Origin: Chlorokybus atmophyticus
Lineage: Eukaryota > Plantae > Mesostigma and Chlorokybus algae
Direction of reading: 5' to 3'
DNA: 64,000 bases
Assembly: GCA_009103225.1 (NCBI GenBank)
Contig: RHPI01000260.1
Location: 74,225-138,224 of the forward strand
Shown here: positions 11,601-23,600 of the stretch, in pieces
Position numbering within the stretch: position 1 is the first letter of the stretch
Layout: every line of letters begins with the position of its first letter
Position numbers and translations under genes: made by a program
Notes under the pieces: model-generated
Told to the model about the DNA's origin: nothing
Seen by the model: only the letters and a program-made list of their open reading frames with translations
Databases searched by the model: none

Positions 11601-14600
11601 GATCGGGCAGCTCTTTTGCTCGCCGTAGTCTTCTAAAGATTTGCTCATGGTGCTGCTCTCGCTGATGAGCTCCAGGAGCTCGCTGTCCGCCAAATCTGTG
11701 CCGCGGTTCTGAGAAGAGGTCAGCAGGAGAGGTCGGTTGCTTGCAAGCAGCTGCAGCTAGCACAGCAATGGAGATTAGAGCTCAACCCGAACCTCAATCA
11801 TGTCGAGCCATCGGTTGGCCACCGCACCAACCGCTTCGTAACACTCTTCCAAGGTTTCGCCTTGCAGGAAGTTCTCAAACACCTCAGACTGCGCAAGTAC
11901 ACTACGCTCATCAACCATGAACAAGCTTCTGGCGCAAGACAGTAGCATACAGCGGTGCAAGTAGCATACGGCAACACAGGGTTGTACATGCACATGAAAA
12001 CCACTCTGTACTAGTACCACTGCTTGTGTCAGTCGTTGTCCCCAATAGATTGGTGTTGTTATATTAGCTTGTGCTGACCAGTGTGCCTGCAGTGCATACC
12101 TGGAAAACCTTTATGAGCTTCAACTCTCCACGTCGCTTGATCTCAAAGCCCTTCAGTTCCGCCAGAGAGCCATCGTCGTTGAACACAGCATAGCGCTTCT
12201 TGATGAGTTTCCCTTCCTCTTTGGAAGCTGGCAGAATCATTGCCTACACATATCAAATAGTGTTATAGCATAGCAGTGTTTAGAATTAAGGTAGCAACCA
12301 CTTCTTAAGCATGTTATATAAGAGCACACAGAACGAGAATGCCAGGGAAGCCCACACCTTGTAAGGACCATCCACCTCAAACTGAATGGAGCATTCACTG
12401 CTTGTAGCATAGGCTCGCTTCTCCACATCGACCAAGGTCTGCAGTCATACCGTGGAACATCAGCTCATTGCAAGGCCCACAGCGCTAGCCACGTCTAAAG
12501 TAGCCTCAGTACCTGATATTGATCGTTGGTGTTGTTGAGGGCAACGTCCACGTTCAACATCACGCACGGATAAGAGACCACAAACTTGGTCTTTTTTGAA
12601 TCGCTGCCAGTGGGTTATTACTTATGTTACTATAATTGCGCGGACCCAGGGCAAAGTATAATGCCCATAGATAAGATAGGACTCGCAGACGGAGCTGCAC
12701 CTACCTGCTGCGGAACTCATAGTTTTCTGGGAAGGATGCCGGGAGCGCGCACCAGATGCCATCTGTGTCGAGCTCAAGAGGCTTCCCGATCTGCTCCACA
12801 AGTCGGTGAGCACTCTGGATGATCTTTGCACCGGTGTATGTCACAACACCAGCCATCTCCATCGAGTACCATCGCGCACCCCTGGTTGCAAGTTACCATC
12901 AGACCAACCCCATCATGCACCAGAGGTGAACACACACCAATCTCACCTGCGCATGACGTAGCCATAAAAGGAGTTCAATATGCACTTGTGTGCTAATTGT
13001 AGCGAGTCGTACACCACAATCATGTCCTACAAGCAGCAAGCAGCATGAGTAAGCATGTTGCCCAGCAAGGCGGGACATGTTTATGTGCTACCCTTGTGCA
13101 CCTGTGCTTCTTGTATCTTCAAAACAGCGCCAGCCTTCCTCGCATCATGGAGCTTCCCTTTCCAAGTCTTAAGGAAGCCCTTGTAATCATATCGCCGGTC
13201 GCGGAAACTATATGAAAGGGATGGCGTGTTCTCGTATGGGAAACATGACCATCAGACTGCTGAACAGTGACACATGTTCTGCAACGGTAGCTAACTTCCT
13301 GCGGTACCTCCTGACAGTGTCCACGTAGAACGGGTTTTCGCGCATGCAGATGTTTGCCGTGCGGTGCTCTGATGTGGGCTTGTCGAGGACACGCTTGTAC
13401 ACCTGCATGCGACATCAGTTCAACTCCGCGACATAAGGTTAGTAGTGAATTGCAATCTTGTTCCACAGCACAACACAACATGACACACACCTTCTGGCAG
13501 TACTTCTTCAAGCGCTCCTTGAGTTTGACTCCTTGCTGTTCTTCGGGCAACTCGTGATACAACTGAGGTGGACCGCCAGGCACTGCTGGTGGGAGGCTCT
13601 CAGATTGCAACTGGTTCTTGAGAGAGTTGTACTCGCTGGCAACGGTAAAACATGACACCAGCTGATCAGATGACTGTAGAACATAACTTAATAGAATAGA
13701 AAAGACCACATCAGATGGGCCCTACTTGCGATTGGCCGTGTAGTAGTCCCCTCGCCACACCCAGTCCATCTTGCGCAAGCACGTCTTGCCGGGACGGTTG
13801 AAGTCACAGGAAGCGCATGTCTCGTCCGTCACGATGGCAGGGGGTTGCAGGCGGTTGGTCAGGATGATATTTGGGTACATGGCTGCCACGTCCAGATGAT
13901 ATATAACAGGCCGCTCTTCTCTGTTGGGAGTGTCGCGCAAGCTCACCAGCTGTAAAACATTGTGGTCGTATAGTGGCCATGCCGTGAGAAACATCATATG
14001 CATCTTGAAATCAAGAACGCAATGACCAGGACAAAGACGTGCACGCGAGAAGCTGCACAGTACCTGCCCCAAGATCTCATCGCGGACTTCATCATAGTTG
14101 GTGACAGAGTCCAAGGGTACTTTCTCCTCCACCTCAATTGCATACTTGAGGTCACGGTCCAAGTTGTCTATGAGTTGCTGTAAGCAAAGTGGTGTCAAGC
14201 AGCTGCTCTTTCCAACATCAGACACCTATGCTGCCCATGGGCAGATGGCAGCACAGGTGATGCAGCAACCAGCATGCATGATGCAATCACAGATCGCACT
14301 CGTGGTAGCACTGGTGAGCCAGCTGACCTGAAGCCTACCTGATACGCTTCAGGAACCAGACGGAACCGTGTTGGCAGGTCGGACCGGAACACGCCGCTTT
14401 CCAGGCACTCTACGTGCCCACCAATGTACGTCTCACTCTCTAGCAGATGACCTTTGTACCATCGCTCAGGCTCCTGCACGTTCTTGTTGGGACAGATAAT
14501 GTTCCCCTTGAACGCCTGCAGAGGCGTACACATTGGTAATCAAGTCAGGTCTCAATTGCTGATAATAGTGAACCAACCGCAAAGGCACTACAAACAACGA

Positions 14601-17527
14601 CAAGTAGCCTCACCTCAACCATCAGCAGAGCCTCGCACAGTGTGCCTGACCCTTTGCGAAGTACTTCGTCAGGTGGCATCGGGATGATGGTTGACAAGGA
14701 GAAAATGAATGGGTGTACATAAGTTGTGTACAAGTGAAATGTAGCCACCGCATCAGACACTGAGTAAGATGACATGATCTGCATTGCCGCCAAGTCAGTG
14801 GCCCACAACAAAGGCAAACATACGTCAGTCACATTCTCAAGACATGCTACCTGTGGCTTTTCTTTTGCATACTGCATCATGTTCTCAGGATGCACCTCCA
14901 TTGGGTCATATCCGAGCTTGGCTTTGGTCACAGCCTACAAGACGATGGTACATAATGCTCCTATGCATAACAGCAGCGAGAGGAGAACTGTGCGCATGCA
15001 TTGCACAAACTTTGATACCTTTAAGCCCTGGCTTCCTTGTGGCAAGTAACTGTCGCGCTGCACCCATGCGAGACAGTCCATGTGGCTTGCAAACTTGCTG
15101 CGGCACTCCCCAGTCTTGCCATCGCATTGGAAGCCAATTTCCTGGCGCGCACAACGTGTTCCAACTCATGGGTTGTGAAACCACATATTCTGATGAGATA
15201 CACATGTTGACTGTAATACCTTCAGCATGCTCAGGCCGTACTCTGCAGCACGTTTCTCAATGAAAGGCCAGTCAAAATAGTCACCGTTGTATGTGACATA
15301 TATGTTGGGCTTGACTGTCTTCATATGCTCAAACCACTGCCGTATCAGCGCTTGCTGCACAAGCAGTACTTGCGTATCAACCACTACATGACATATCAAT
15401 TTGGCATTCATGTAAAAACTCGTACATGTGACAATGCCATGGCGGCTGCTCACCTCGTTGGGAACATTGGTAACCTTAAACGGCCCCTCAAACTCCGGTT
15501 TAGGCGTGTACTCAAGGTCCTCAATATCGCCTCCAACCACCTAGCAGGTACCAACACAGTGTGTATAGTGTATTACATAACAGAGTTTTGCGCTTGTGTG
15601 CTTGTCAAGCCTTTTCCTCAGGATGGAACTCACCTCCCTGTTCACAATCAGATACCCTTGCTTGTCAATCATGTACGAGATCATCATGATGGAGTCGTAT
15701 GAGGCATCTGGAAACTTAAGTGGCAGCTTTGTCGTCTCAATATCAAAAGCGCAAATGCGCGGCTCCGCGCGTTGCAGCATGTCGTGCTGATGCTCCATAG
15801 TCACCGTGCCTTCCGCTGCGCTGACAGTATACCAATGGCCACACCGCACATCTGAGCAAGAGTGTGAGCATTAATGATCGGGATTGGGAGCTCCTTCAAA
15901 GCTCAAAGTGCTAGTACTCGCTGGGGCTCACCATTGTCGATTGCAAAGCGCATGTGGTAAGGCACATCATACTCTCGCAGCTCCAATATGTGCTCTGCAT
16001 AGTCTTCAACACGAGCGGTCCCGTGCAAAGTTTCACCTCTGCACAAATAGTTTCTTGTTTGCTACGTTGCCACGTTGTAAGGCCATGCCGGGCAGCAAGT
16101 CATATTGACTTCGACATCAACACAACAATGACTAACATACAACACACTCCATGGACATACCTCGATGGGTTCAGCAATGTCTGCTCGTTTGTGGCGGCCT
16201 GTGCTGTTTTGATAGCGTTGCGATGCGCGAGCGGCACCAAGTCTCTCTTCACATCCATCAGCAGCTGTACGTTGATGAAGCTGACTTTCAGGAAGGCTCT
16301 CCGCAGCCCGGAGAGATGGTTTTTCTGCAGAGTCACCAACACACGATTTGTATCAATCACCGCATTGTGTTCGCAAAGGCAACCATCTCAACAATTGCTC
16401 ACAAGGTCAAGGTCTTCCTTCTGCACAATTTCCACGTCCAATATTCGCGTCTCATATCGGCGGCGCAAGTAAGACTCTACCTCCAGCTCTTTGCCAGGCT
16501 GCAGGAAGACAGCATGAGATCGTGAGCTACACGCGGTATGCGTATGCACATGAACTTACCGTAGTGCCGACGTAAAAGTAGGGTGCAAACTTCATGTGCG
16601 CTTTAAACGTGGAGCCATCCTGTTTGATGTGCAAGCAGAGTGAGTGAGTGATTGCGTTCAGAACCCCAGCTGGGTATGCCAACCATACCTGACTCATGAA
16701 GTAGCAGTACACTGCACTCACGCCTTGTTGCAGGTCTTCATCCTCAATGGAGGCCTGTTGACAACATAGTGAGAGTGTTTAGTGCGTTCATATTGCATCA
16801 TAGATGTAAATTGTGAGGAAAAATTCACGCATTGTGGTTATTCATCATGATACCGTGCGCATGTTGACAAGCCAGCCCAGGCGCTCCCCGTCAGTGAAGA
16901 TCTCGTAACCCATGCGAGCCTCTTGCTCATCACCCTCGATCTGCGGCCCATGGCAATAGTAAACAAGAAAGCATTTTTGTAGACTGCAAACAGGGAACTA
17001 TCCATCAACCATGGAAGTTACTGCGTGTGCAGGCAACATGGCTGCACCAACCCAATACGACCAGTAAAGCTGAGAGCTAACAACTGCTGAGCAGAAAGGC
17101 TTGCAGCACAAACCTAGTGCAGCGCATGTGCTGGTCGCCATATTGGCGCGATGCAATCACCACATGCACCACGTGTAACAAATGCAACTGACAAGCTGAC
17201 CCTATTACGAAGGTTTTCCAGATCAATTCTGTGCCTGACGGAATACAATCATAAAAACAGCTACCACATTGCAATTGAGTCGAGGAGTGTGTTCACCATG
17301 CAACGCACCTGCGCAGTGCGCGACCATCCAGTCCTTCGCACGTCTCCCGCAGTTGCTGTACCCACCCCTCCATTGCCTCCACGACCGACATTTCCTTGTT
17401 TACCCCCGCCATACTTTCCTCCTCGACCTCCACCCCCTCCTCCTCCTCCTCGTCCTCCTCGTCCTGCAAAAGCCTGCCTGTAGCGGCTGCCTCCGCCTCC
17501 TCCACCCCGCCGCGTCCCACTTCCCAT
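5674..17527 (-). CDS. POLE1: DNA polymerase epsilon catalytic subunit A (many exons)
   Basis: Exons traced: RLGWLVNM, Exo[16 protein letters not shown], Exo[13 protein letters not shown], ExoIII YSVSDA, motif [23 protein letters not shown], motif [15 protein letters not shown], motif [10 protein letters not shown], and C-terminal CSYCNDC...CAVPAC / CRKC...CRC. Stop TAA at 5674-5676. Start ATG 17527 is in frame with exon 2 ([12 protein letters not shown]). Confidence 0.97.
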
Positions 17528-17642
17528 CTCCACGACCGGGAACCACGACTCCCTTCCTATCTGCAGACGCCCTGCGGCCGCGTCGGCGACGTCGGCGACG
17601 TCGGCGACATCCCGCCGGCGGAGACGAATGAGACGAAAAATG

Positions 17643-17650
17643 GCGGGAAA
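17643..17650 (-). promoter_or_regulatory. Canonical E2F site (TTTCCCGC)
   Basis: GCGGGAAA on + reads TTTCCCGC on -, ~115 nt upstream of the POLE1 ATG. Replicative polymerase genes are established E2F targets. The 8-mer alone is common by chance. Confidence 0.55.
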
Positions 17651-17997
17651 AAGTGCTCGCAACAGCTTTTGTATTCAAAGTGGCCGATATGGGTCGAGCG
17701 AGCCGAATCAGCTGAAACGCGCTGATGTGGATCTAGAACCGGATCCAGGTCGCACATGGGTAATCTTCGTTTAGATACGGCGATGAGGCGTAACCGAACA
17801 CGCTGACCACCGCTAGTCACGTGAGAACAGCGGAGTTTTGCTATGAAGCGCAGTTCAAGCTAGGCCAATAGCACACAAAAAAAGCACGTTGACAAAGCGC
17901 AGTACATAATAGTCTTGCGTGCATAGTAGGTAGGCAGGCTTTTTCTTTCTTTCCACCAGGCTTTCATCTCACCTGCCCCCCGTCTCCCCCTGCTTCC

Positions 17998-18642
17998 ATG
18001 GAGCGGTTGGCTGTAGCTGCTGAGGCCATGAAGCCTCCCCGCCCAGGCCAGGCCGGTGGCGCCTCCTCCTTGCAGCCCAAGATGCCGGAACACATGAACG
18101 GCGTGCCCGCCGCCCGCAAGCGCTCCAGGTAAAACCCAGTCTCTGGTCAACCACAACATGTGTGGAGGGCCTGTGTCGCTGATTCTGCTCTCGCACTTGC
18201 TGCTGGCATGGAACACAGCATAGGGGTACAGTGCAGTTGTTGGTTCTTAGGTTAAAGTCAGTCACTGAGAGTTAGTCACTGGTAGTGTCGCCTGTATTAT
18301 GCTTGCTGACATATGTGAATTTGCAAATTTCGTGTACGTGTCAGTGTGTGAATGTATGCGCATATGTAAAACAGAGGTTGACTGTTATTCTTAATGTGTG
18401 CTTGCAGGCCTGGGGCGCTGCAGGTGAACTCTCTGCAGAGGAATGAGGACTTGGACCCTCGCTCTCCTTCATCGCGAACACCGGTAGTCACGATGATCCA
18501 AAGTCCTCTCACCGTCACGCAGCGCAGCCCGACCACTTCCCGCCAGCGCTTTGCCCAACTTGGAACGGATGACATGGACGCCATTGACCTCGATCGCAGC
18601 CCGCTCTCCCAGCAGCTGTCGCCCCTCATCGCCGTGAAGTGA
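17998..18642 (+). CDS. Small (~120 aa) two-exon Ser/Thr-Pro-rich unknown protein, divergent from POLE1
   Basis: ATG 17998 MERLAVAAEAMKPPRPG...ARKRS, donor AG|GTAAAA, acceptor TGCAG|G at 18407. Phase-consistent splice gives RPGALQVNSLQ...SPLSQQLSPLIAVK*. Confidence 0.6.
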
Positions 18643-19041
18643 TATCACGAGAACAAGTAAACAAGTAAAAGAGTGACTGAGTCGCTAGCAGCTTGTGCAA
18701 AGGCTCATTGCCAAGACTGTACTGTTAGAACCAACAATTGATAGGCGATTGTACAAACTGATTCAGCCACGGATTGCAGTGGCTTCTTCTCGCTTTCAGG
18801 TCGAATAAGTGCTGGTAGCACATGCGTAGGTTGTCAATACCTGATTGCAGAACAGTTGCTAGATTGAGTTAGTGGGTTGATAGGTTTAGAACTTGTGCCC
18901 AGCACATTCATTTTCAAGTACAACGTGATCTCACGTGCATCCATGTTGCATGCGTCCAACAACCGAAACCTATGCAGCGTGCAAGGACACAAACAGTAGA
19001 TCTATTTATGTAACTATATACACGGCCAGCCCAGCAAACTG

Positions 19042-20564
19042 TCACGTGTGTGAGGCTTGCGTGTTGTCCTTGATCCACTGCAAGTACTTCTCGCTGCCGC
19101 CTATCACAGGTAGTGCAATCACCTCACACGTCCTGCGCGCAAACACACATCAAGTGCCAAGAGCGAGTCAGCAGCTGCTGGCCACACTGCGCACGCCACT
19201 GGTGAAGATTAGAAATATATGTTACGCACTCGTAGGGATGATGCTCGATGATGTGCTGTGTCAGGCGTGGCACCAACGTGCTTTGCGTCTTCATCATGAG
19301 CATCAACTCTGCTGAGGAGTCGACCTGATGCACAACAAGAACCCATGAGACAATGAAGGCAGTACTGGCTGTTCAACGTGACACACTACTGCATGCTGCT
19401 AAGCTGTTTCCTCCCAAACTGATGCACTGCTTCATGCAACACACACGCGATGACTTCAGCCAACCTAGATAAGCAATGCAGGAACTCACGCGCAAAAGCT
19501 CCTGCGTGCGCTTAACGGACAAACCTTACTCCGCCCTTCTTAAGGCACAAAGCTGGCTTACCTTGCCCTCCCACCAATAGATGGACTCCACTCCTGAAGA
19601 CACATCATCCAAATCCTTTATACTGCACTCTCTGCGTAACTTGATGATGCAAGACACAGCAGGAAGCGACAAAGAATCCCAACAAGGTCCGGATATTGGT
19701 CATCATTACCTGGTATAATGTTCGTGCAGGCCGCGAGCTTGGATTCAACCACGCTTCTGCCAAGGGTTCTGGCTGTTCCAACCAGACCAAAGCCATGAGG
19801 GCTTCGGGAAAGCATGCACAGCTTTGCTTGTTCGTCTGGCAAACTCTTAAGCTTTGTACTGGTGCGCGGCACAACACAACGCAGAAAGCTTACACCAAGG
19901 CATACCTGCTGCCAAGTCCGGAACGGTCACGTACACTGCTGCAGCTTCACTAGTGCTTGCCATTGTCTGCATTGCATGCACAGGACTGTAAACAGCACCA
20001 CCATCTTACATTTCCTGTCACACACTTGCCACGCAACGGACTACAACACTTCACTTATGAATGAACAACTGGTTGTAGCTGTTTCTCCCTTCACCGCTAC
20101 AGCGGTGATCGGGGATGTGCCGCTCACCTTGCTCGTGAAGCCAGCATGCATCAAGCTTAGCAAGAGGGCGACACCAGCAGCAAGCGCACAAGCCAGCAGG
20201 CCGGCGGCAGCAGCTGAGTTGGTGGCTATGCATGGACCTTACTCTCACTCAGCCAACTGAGTGCTTGATAAAGTCCTACTCACAAGCACGATTTATGCAC
20301 GCTCAGACCACTACGTACACAACCCTGCTCAAGCCCTGCTTTAAAGCTTTTCTCTCTCACTTCCGCTCAGCTGCTTTGCCAACCACCACCACTCCATCTC
20401 TTACCGCCATGCTCAACCGTCTGAGTCCGGGTGGAGGAGGCGACACCCGTGCTCTCACGGCGAGACTCCGAGCAACTGTCAACCCCCTCGCTGTGAGCTG
20501 CGGGCGCCTGCACAAGCACGCGCCGCCGCCGGCCACCGCCGCCCCCAGCATTTGATCCTGCCAT
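19042..20564 (-). CDS. CUTA: CutA divalent-cation tolerance protein
   Basis: Spliced core reads AVYVTVPDLAAARTLGRSVVESKLAACTNIIPGVESIYWWEGKVDSSAELMLMMKTQ...HHPYETCEVIALPVIGGSEKYLQWIKDNT. Two alternative N-termini are possible (see findings). Confidence 0.95.
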
Positions 20565-20690
20565 GCCGTTGTCCCTATGCCACAGCTGAGCTAGCAGTGC
20601 TCTGCAGCGTCAGCGGCGGCGGTGGAGGCGGCGGTGGAGGTGTGGACGGAGGAGCGTGGGGACAGCGGGGCGGTGGAGTGTTGCGCCTCC

Positions 20691-23600
20691 ATGGACTCTT
20701 CAGCGCAGGCTCTCCTAGTATGGCTGAAGGTCAGTCGCGTGGTCGGTACAGTCGTTGTTCAGGTTGTCGTCCGCCTTGCCATGCCTGCGCTGCATGGCCA
20801 TTGTTCTGCTGCTATGTTGCTCCTGTTCTGCTTGATTGTCGATCGAATCACAGCGTTGTCACATAGGTATACCTAGCTATACCTGCTGTGACACAACGCA
20901 ACAAACCGCAATGGTGTGTTGAAACGACAAGTTGCACCGCCTTTTACAGGAGCAAGGAGCGGAGGTCAAGGGGTGCAGCATCAAGCGTACCAAAGCAGGG
21001 TGGGGCGTTTTTGCTGACGAAGACTGGAGCAAAGGTGCTTCACGTTACCATTTTGACAGTTGCCAGCGCACACAGCGTCACACAGTAGTATGCTGTTTCA
21101 TGCATGCCTGCTTGCTTGTGGACACTCAATTGGTGACAGCCCGCTCTCTGTGTGACGCTGTGTGCAACATGTCGCTCCCGTTCACTGTAGCTTTTGGTTG
21201 GTTTAAGCTGCTAGTCGTCATGTTAAGCTGTAACTTGTATGGAGCATGCAAGTGCCTAACACCGCGCTTATAACTTGCAGGGGCCCTGATGACACTGCCG
21301 CTGTCAATGGCGCTCGTTCCTGAGACAGTGCTGGCGCAGGAAGATATTGGGGCACTGCTGGCGCACCTACTGCGCGATGGACTTGTGGACGGGCCCCTGC
21401 TCGTCATGCTGTTCCTCGCTGTTGAAAGGGCCAAAGGGGCCGAGTCGCGCTGGGCACCGTATCCGAACAATGCAACAGCAATTGCTTGCCTGCTCTATGT
21501 TTCAACTCCAGCCGTGCAATGTAGTATGTACTTCGCACATGCAGATGAGCATAATGCTCCCTTGACTCGGTACTTGCAGTTACATGTCCATGCTGCCGAC
21601 CGGCTTTTCAACACCTTTGTTTTACGTGGAAGACACCTTGCAGCAGCTTGCGGGGACAACATTGCACTCAGCCACCTCAATCAAGGTACACGGAAATGAT
21701 GCACTGCAGATCTAGTGCGAATGGAAGGCACTCAAACTTGGTTGGATGCAGCTGCAACAGCTGCAACGTGTCCACAAGGAGAGTTTTGAAAAGATTTACG
21801 CGCGACTTCTACTGGAAGTCGGCATTGAGCAAGCGTGCGTGTGCTTCGGTCACCTCAAATGTTGACCATCGCGAGCTGTATAATGCTTGCTACCGCTTAA
21901 CTAGCAGCTAATGCGAACGCAGCTGTGCCGGTACTGACACGATGTGCATTGCAGGCCTGTGTCCTTTGACGACTTCCTCTGGTGAGTCTCTCATTGGCGT
22001 TGTATTGTTGTTCACCCTTTCAACTATGCTTCAGCGCAAACAGCAGCCTATGTGGGCAGGGCCTACTCAGTATACTGGTCGCGTGTTCTCCAGTTTCCAG
22101 ATGTGCTAGGTACGGAGGATGGCGATGAAGACAAGATGGAGAAGGACACCAGTTTTATGGAGGGCATTATCGTCGGCATTGATATCTGCAACCATGGTAT
22201 CCTGCTGCTTGCGGCATTTTTCATCACACGTGTAGGCAGGCATTCTGAGTTGTATCCTTTTAGATCCGCAAGCATTTGCACGCTTTGAAGTTGAAGGTGC
22301 AGAAGCCCCCATTTCTCAGCAGCCGTTCTCGGTCAGCCTTGTGCCGGGTAATTGGCTGCAACGTGTGCATTGTGTTGGCGTTGCTAGTGCTGCGTGTTTC
22401 ACATGTGATGTGCAGCTAAGGCTGGCGCCCTTGAGGCTGGTAAGGAGGTGTGCATCAGCTATGGCCACAAGAGCAATGAGGTAATGACTTTGACTTGCAT
22501 GGATGCGTTATGCTTCCAGGCGACATGGTGATCCCTATGCTGTTATCAGGAGCTGCTGTTCTTGTACGGTTTTGTTCTGGAGAACAACACTGCGGACAGC
22601 CTTATGGTAAGCGTATGCTCATTGTCTGAAGGGAGGTATTGCCTGCGCATACACATTGAGCGTTGGTCACTTACCAATGTGTCTATGGTTGCCTCTGCCA
22701 ACATGATGCCTGATTGCAACTGGCTGCAAGCAGATCCATTGCCTCGATCATTTGCAAGCAGACACCAATGGCCAGCTGCGCGCAGGCCTGTTGACATATC
22801 TGGTACGCGGTATGCTAATAACTTGCAAAGGTGTCCGAGGTTGATAAAGGCTTGGTTTGCAACACATTCATGTTGAAGTTTGCGCGTATTTGTCCTTTCT
22901 TGCTGTGTTGTTCACGCAGCTGTCTGTGTGGTAGGGCCTTTCTCCACAATGGCTTCTCCCTTCGATGCCAATGTCGACCAACAGTGACAATGATGCTACT
23001 GCTGACAAGCAACATGCCCTGCCGCTCAACTGCTTAGCTGCATTGAGAGTGCTTGCAATGCCTGTTGATGAGCTCGAAGGCCTGACGAAAGTCATCCAGC
23101 ACGTGCAGGAGTTCAAGGTATGTGTGGTTTGTTACATGTATACACGCTTGCAAGATTATTTCTGGCTGTTCTTTTGCTTGATGCATATATTGTTGGCAAG
23201 CAATCAACTCCTACACCATATTTTGTGTAGGCCATTGTACACTGTCGTGTTGTGATTTATGTGACCTGTCATACAGGTGCAGATAGAGAACCAACAAGAG
23301 TCTGTTCCGGAAGACTCTGACCCTGACTCTGAGTCCAACGTGCCCAAGTCAAGTCGCCCCTCCACGCTGCCACCTGAGCTGATGCATGAGGTCACTGAAA
23401 AGGCAGCTGTGATACAGAATGGCTACCCTGAACTCAACCGCAAAGCTTATGATATCCTGGTCGGACTCCTTCAAGACAAGTGAGTTGACGGAGTATGCAC
23501 ACATTCCCGCTGCCAACTCCATGGCAGTCTCTTTGTCGTCTGCTTTGGTAGCCATCAACACTGTTGAAGTGCATGGATTGTCTTTCTGTTGCACTAGGTT

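Noticed and set aside
5674-17527. Intein or inactivated catalytic motifs in POLE1
   Set aside because: The exonuclease, polymerase A/B/C and Cys motifs are intact and collinear, with no insertion at conserved motifs in the exons traced
22252-22260. Perfect U12 donor string GTATCCTTT used as an actual 5' splice site
   Set aside because: Using it gives the wrong phase for the next SET exon and inserts an implausible hydrophobic stretch, and there is no U12 branch point downstream
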